Source of the DNA: Octopus sinensis
Taxonomy: Eukaryota
DNA length: 64,000 bases
Direction of reading: 5' to 3'
Assembly: GCF_006345805.1 (NCBI RefSeq)
Contig: NC_043006.1
Span: 89,156,001-89,220,000 of the forward strand
Shown: positions 59,501 through 64,000 of the stretch, in pieces
How the letters are laid out: the number at the start of each line of letters is the position of its first letter
Position numbering within the stretch: position 1 is the stretch's first letter
Notes under the pieces: generated by a model
What the model was told of the DNA's origin: nothing
The model's database searches: none
What the model saw: only the letters and a program-made list of their open reading frames with translations
Position numbers and translations under genes: made by a program

Positions 59501-60381
59501 ATGCATAAAAACACACAAGCCAAAGTCAACTATGGGCAGGTAGAAGAGTAAAAATTAATATTGAAACTAGATATGATTAGATTAGATTAAATTAAATTAA
59601 GATAAGTAAATTGTGGATAAATGGATAAGTTAGTGAGTACCATAGGTTAGAGTGATATGACTAAGGGGATGTGATCTTAGTAGACTGCATATGAAAAATA
59701 AGTTAATACAAAGGTATAAAACTGCATACAATAAATATAACATATGTATCTGTCTAATTCGGGGAATCAACTGTATATTTTTAACCAAAATATAGGGGCA
59801 ATACAGGGGGAAAATATATGTCGGAAGATATAAGGAAACATTCCTAACAAGGGACAACAAACTGAATGGACCGGATAAATTGTTTTTCTAAGTTGTCATT
59901 ATCCATTGCTAAAACTATGTTTAAAATATATATTATATTAGATACAAGACATTAAATGCATGGTGCTATGCAATAGTATTGAATTATTTGATTAATCAAC
60001 CAATCCATCATTCAGTCAATTAATACATTTATCCATCTATTTATTCAATTATTTAAGTTTAGTGTTTTATATGAGTGGGGGTGTGGTTTAGCTAGAAGTA
60101 GAATGTTTATGTTGATATGTAAATATGCACAGATGTTTTATCAGTAAGATTGTGCATAATTGAAAGGGAGTAACTCTGGGATTTATATCTAAAAATTAGA
60201 TAATAAAATGATTAAACAATCAAATAGTTAACAAATCAACCAATTAGCCAATCAATTAATCAATCTATTAATCAATTAATTGGTTCTGTATTGGGGTTGC
60301 ATATAAATGCTTGCATCCATATACATATATATGCACATACACATACACAAATATACATACATACATATACATATGTATATG

Positions 60382-60454
<73 letters not shown>

Positions 60455-60806
60455 ATATTTCGGAATGGTCATATTGCTAGTTTAGCCAATAAATCTTGCA
60501 CAACAAATATTTAAACGTATATCATCATCATCATCATCGTTTAGCATCCGTTTTCCATGTTAGCAAATTCATGATCAAATCTAATGGATAGTACTAAATA
60601 TTGTTATTACTCAGTATAATTGTAAGGTGTAATTTAATTGTTTGGTGTTATGAAAGATGAGCTAGTCTATGTATATTAATAATTGGGTATATTGGATAGA
60701 TAGTTGGTTGGATTCACAATCTCTAGCTCTCTTTAAATTATATATGTATGTATGTATGTATGTACATATATATATATATATGTACATACAATTATATATG
60801 TATGTA

Positions 60807-60852
<46 letters not shown>

Positions 60853-60854
60853 AT

Positions 60855-61250
60855 ATACTCTCTTTTACTTGTTTCAGTCATTTGACTGTGGCCATTCTGG
60901 AGCACCACCTTTCGTCAAGCAAATTGACCCCAGGACTTATTCTTTGTAAGCCTAGTACTTATTTTATCGGTCTCATTGGACCACTAAGTTACAGGGACGT
61001 AAACACACCAGCATCGGTTGTCAAGTGATGTTGGGGGGGACAAATACAGACACACAAACATATACACGCATGCATACATATATACGATGGGCTTCTTTCA
61101 GTTTCCGTCTACCAAATCCACTCACAAGGCTTTGACTGGCTCGAGGCTATAGAAGACTCTTGCCCAAGGTGCCACGCAGTGGGACTGAACCCGGAACCAT
61201 GTGGTTCGTAAGCAAGCTACTTACCAAACAGCCACTCCTACGCCTATATA
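60855..61250 (-). mobile_element. Family-B SINE, full length
   Basis: Head AGGAGTGGCTGTTTGGTAAGTAGC to tail (A)GTAAAAGAGAG; homologous to 47515-47926. Confidence 0.88.
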
Positions 61251-61443
61251 TATATATCAGCTGATCTTACTTCTCATAGCTCCACCCAGTCAGTAGCTAA
61301 AGAAACAGATTTCAACTCAAATCACCAGTAAGTTTCCTTGTTTTTAGTCCCAGAACCCTTGAATTCTACTATTCCACTATTTTACTATCATCGGAAGGTA
61401 AATTTACACAAATTTACATACACGTTTTTATATACATGTTGTT

Positions 61444-61706
61444 TACATTATTTACAATTGACGGATATTTGTTCTCATCTTGTTTGTTGTTACCACAATG
61501 TTTCAGCTGATATACCTTCTAGCCTTGATCAGGTGTCTGGGGGAAATTTTGAACCTGGGTTCTCATTCCTAAGATAATTTTCGATGTTGTTGTTGTTATT
61601 ATTATTATTATTATTCAGGTCACTGCCTGGAATCGAACTCAGAATCTTGGGGCTAAGAGCGGAGGCTACTAACCCCAAGATTCTGAGTTTGATTTCAGTC
61701 AGTGAT

Positions 61707-61750
<44 letters not shown>

Positions 61751-61920
61751 CAACAACATCAAAAATACCTTAAGAACAAGAACCCAGGTTCAAAATTTCC
61801 CCAAGACACCTGATGAAGGCTGGAGGGTATATCAGCCAATCCGTGTTAACAACAAACAAGATGAGGACAAATACCAGTCAATTGTAAATAATGTACATAA
61901 TTCCTCATCTCTTAAATATA
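61444..61920. mobile_element. Head-to-head palindromic dimer of a tRNA-headed, hammerhead-bearing element
   Basis: Arms at about 61444-61655 and 61670-61895. B-box GAGTTCGATTCC on the minus strand, (AAT)n linker, CTGATGAAGGCTG...CAGCC motif. Confidence 0.75.
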
Positions 61921-62339
61921 AAACTGAATTTATATACAATCTGGGGAAACAAATATAAACCAAAGCTAAACCAAAGATTAGTTCTAAACCTAGACCTGTG
62001 AGTACAAGTATTTTCTCTTGATTTGTATTAAACACACCACTCATTCTGATTTCTACTAAATACACTGAATTCTCTCACACACACCCAGATATAGCCATGC
62101 ATTTCTGAATATATTGGCACAAACTTTTTAACGGTGCATTCACGATTATACATCAAGTCATCAATAACTGACGTATAGTGTATAATACTGTCCCACTGAA
62201 TATGGCCAATAATATTCCAAAGTGCCACTGGGTAGAAAACGAAATCAGTGCACTGATAAACTCTTGGTACAATCACCATAACGATTGTGTAAAAGCTAAT
62301 GTCTATGGTAAAATCTTGCAGAAAAATTAGCGTTACAAT

Positions 62340-63170
62340 CCTTTTACAGATCTGTAAAACAGATCAAAAACAAAATAAATCACCAGATCATTTCATACTT
62401 TACACATGCACATGGCAACACTAGAAGCCATACAACGGATGTAGTGCACCAACTGACCCAATGCCAGCAGGTCAGGGGTCACTTCAACGACCCATTAGCC
62501 AGCAACAAACAACATCCTCTTTGATATCGCTATCTGACCTAATTCCACACAACACTACTGTGAAGGCTTTATCTTGGTTGCCCAAGATCAGAGCTTATTG
62601 ACCTGGAACTATCAAGCCAATGTGATGCAAAATGGTGTAGACCCAAAGTGCTGATATTGCAATGATGGGATAGAAACAGTCGACCCCTAATCTCTGGATG
62701 TAAGACATGACAGAGTTGGCTAATATCTACATTAAGCAATGTGTCGGCATTATAAAATCAAAACTGCTGAAAAATGGTACTAGCACCACTCTGAGGGAGA
62801 AAAATATAACAATTCTTTGGGACTTTCCAGTATGTACAGATTGAACTGTCAAGGCAAATAAACCAGATATTGTTGTGAAAGACAAAAGCAATAAAGTCTG
62901 TGTTTTGATTGACATGAGCATACCCTGTGACCATAATATATCGACAAAAGAATTTGATAAGTTCAGAGAATATAAAGATTGGTTAATTGAAATCAAAAAG
63001 ATGTGACATCTCAAGACAGTTGCAATACCAGGAGCTCTTGGAATGATCAAAAAAGAAACTGAAAATTATATAAGAATGATCCCTGGCTTACCATCTATGC
63101 AGGAAGTGCAAAAGATTGTTTTAACTGGTATATCATATGTACTGAGAAGAACATTGTTGCTGTGAATTTT
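62340..63170 (+). mobile_element. Decayed R4/Dong-like RLE LINE 3' half
   Basis: EGFIL..QDQSLLT.NYQANVMQNGVDPKC*YCND, WDFPVCTD..VKANKPDIVVKD, LIDMSIP.D...KEFDK; many stops. Confidence 0.8.
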
Positions 63171-63394
63171 CTTTCTATTTTTCTCCTATATTTTCTTTGT
63201 TTACCATTTTTCCTTTCTCTCTGTCTTTATTCCCCTTTTTCTCTATCACATAACTTTATAAATTAAGAATCTAGTATGTTTATTTTAATGCCCTACCAAT
63301 GTATACAGTTTGTTTCTATGCTCTAGGTATCAGGAAGACACTTAGCAAAAATGGAAACAAAATTGAAAGATGTTAATGAAAATAATAATAATGA

Positions 63395-64000
63395 AAAGAA
63401 TGATAAGAAAGATGCTGAATGGTTGAAGGAGCTAAGACTGGAGAAAAATGAAGTGAAACAGAACAATATAAAGATAACAACTTAAATGGTGACCAAGTAG
63501 ACGACAAAGGTTGCAAATTGTAAACAGAGGAACTGGCTGAGAAATTTCCCAGCATTGCATAAAAGAACAGCTGTGCAAATGGATGAAATGATCAACAACG
63601 AGGTGGAAATCATGAAGTGGCTGACCATGGGGAAACTGGTTCTTTTCCAAAAGGACCCCAGTAACAATAACACAGTGGATAAATTACTGCCCAATCTCCT
63701 GCCTACCCTTGATGTGAAAGTGGATGACAGGAATAATATCTAATTGTGTAATTAATGACAAGTTGCCATTAGAACAAAAGGGACGGAGAAAAGATCAACT
63801 TCTGATAGACAGAAGGATGCTGACTGGCTATAAGAAGAAAAAAAAAAACCCTACTAATCTGGGTATGGACATGGATTGATTATAATAAAGTTTATGACAT
63901 GATCCCCCATTCTTGGATTTTAGTTTTGGTACAGGTGTCTGACAACATTTTGAATTTTATCAAATCACTGAAGAACTGGAGTACAGAGTTAACATCATAC
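63395..64000 (+). mobile_element. Decayed R4/Dong-like RT N-terminal fragment (runs off the window)
   Basis: WLRNFPALHKR...WLTMGK.VL.QKDP, LP.EQKG, WIDYNKVYDMIPHSWI. Confidence 0.72.

Noticed and set aside
42036-64000. Next upstream THUMPD3 exon (expected to end ...DLPFGKR)
   Set aside because: Not found by eye; probably beyond the window. A tblastn would be decisive.

Overview
Eukaryotic, AT-rich, very repeat-dense genomic DNA. The repeat families look like octopus/coleoid cephalopod ones; this is recognised from memory, not from a search. The only host gene I can support is THUMPD3 (tRNA m2G6 methyltransferase) on the minus strand: an internal exon at 41912-42035 splices in frame to the last coding exon at 10002-10205 across an intron of about 31.7 kb. 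Upstream exons were not found in the window. Almost everything else is retroelement-derived: two CR1-like LINEs (one near full length), several Penelope-like elements (PLEs, RT + GIY-YIG), a four-unit head-to-tail Tx1/L1-like array, decayed RTE and R4/Dong-like (RLE) LINEs, a Ty3/gypsy gag-protease remnant, three abundant SINE-like families and long TA/CA/TG microsatellites. Most ORFs in the track are microsatellite artefacts. The main signals are: (1) minimal hammerhead-ribozyme motifs in the pseudo-LTRs (pLTRs) of three PLE families, with U3-A8 covariation and palindromic stem III; (2) in one family, an ATG and a short GT-AG intron just after the predicted cleavage site, whose removal opens the long ORF; (3) a palindromic non-coding element joining a tRNA-like B-box head to a hammerhead tail; (4) three SINE families whose 3' tails each match a different LINE clade present in this window; (5) repeated fold-back structures in PLE-derived DNA. 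TE boundaries are approximate. Ribozyme activity, splicing and family names are inferences that need testing.
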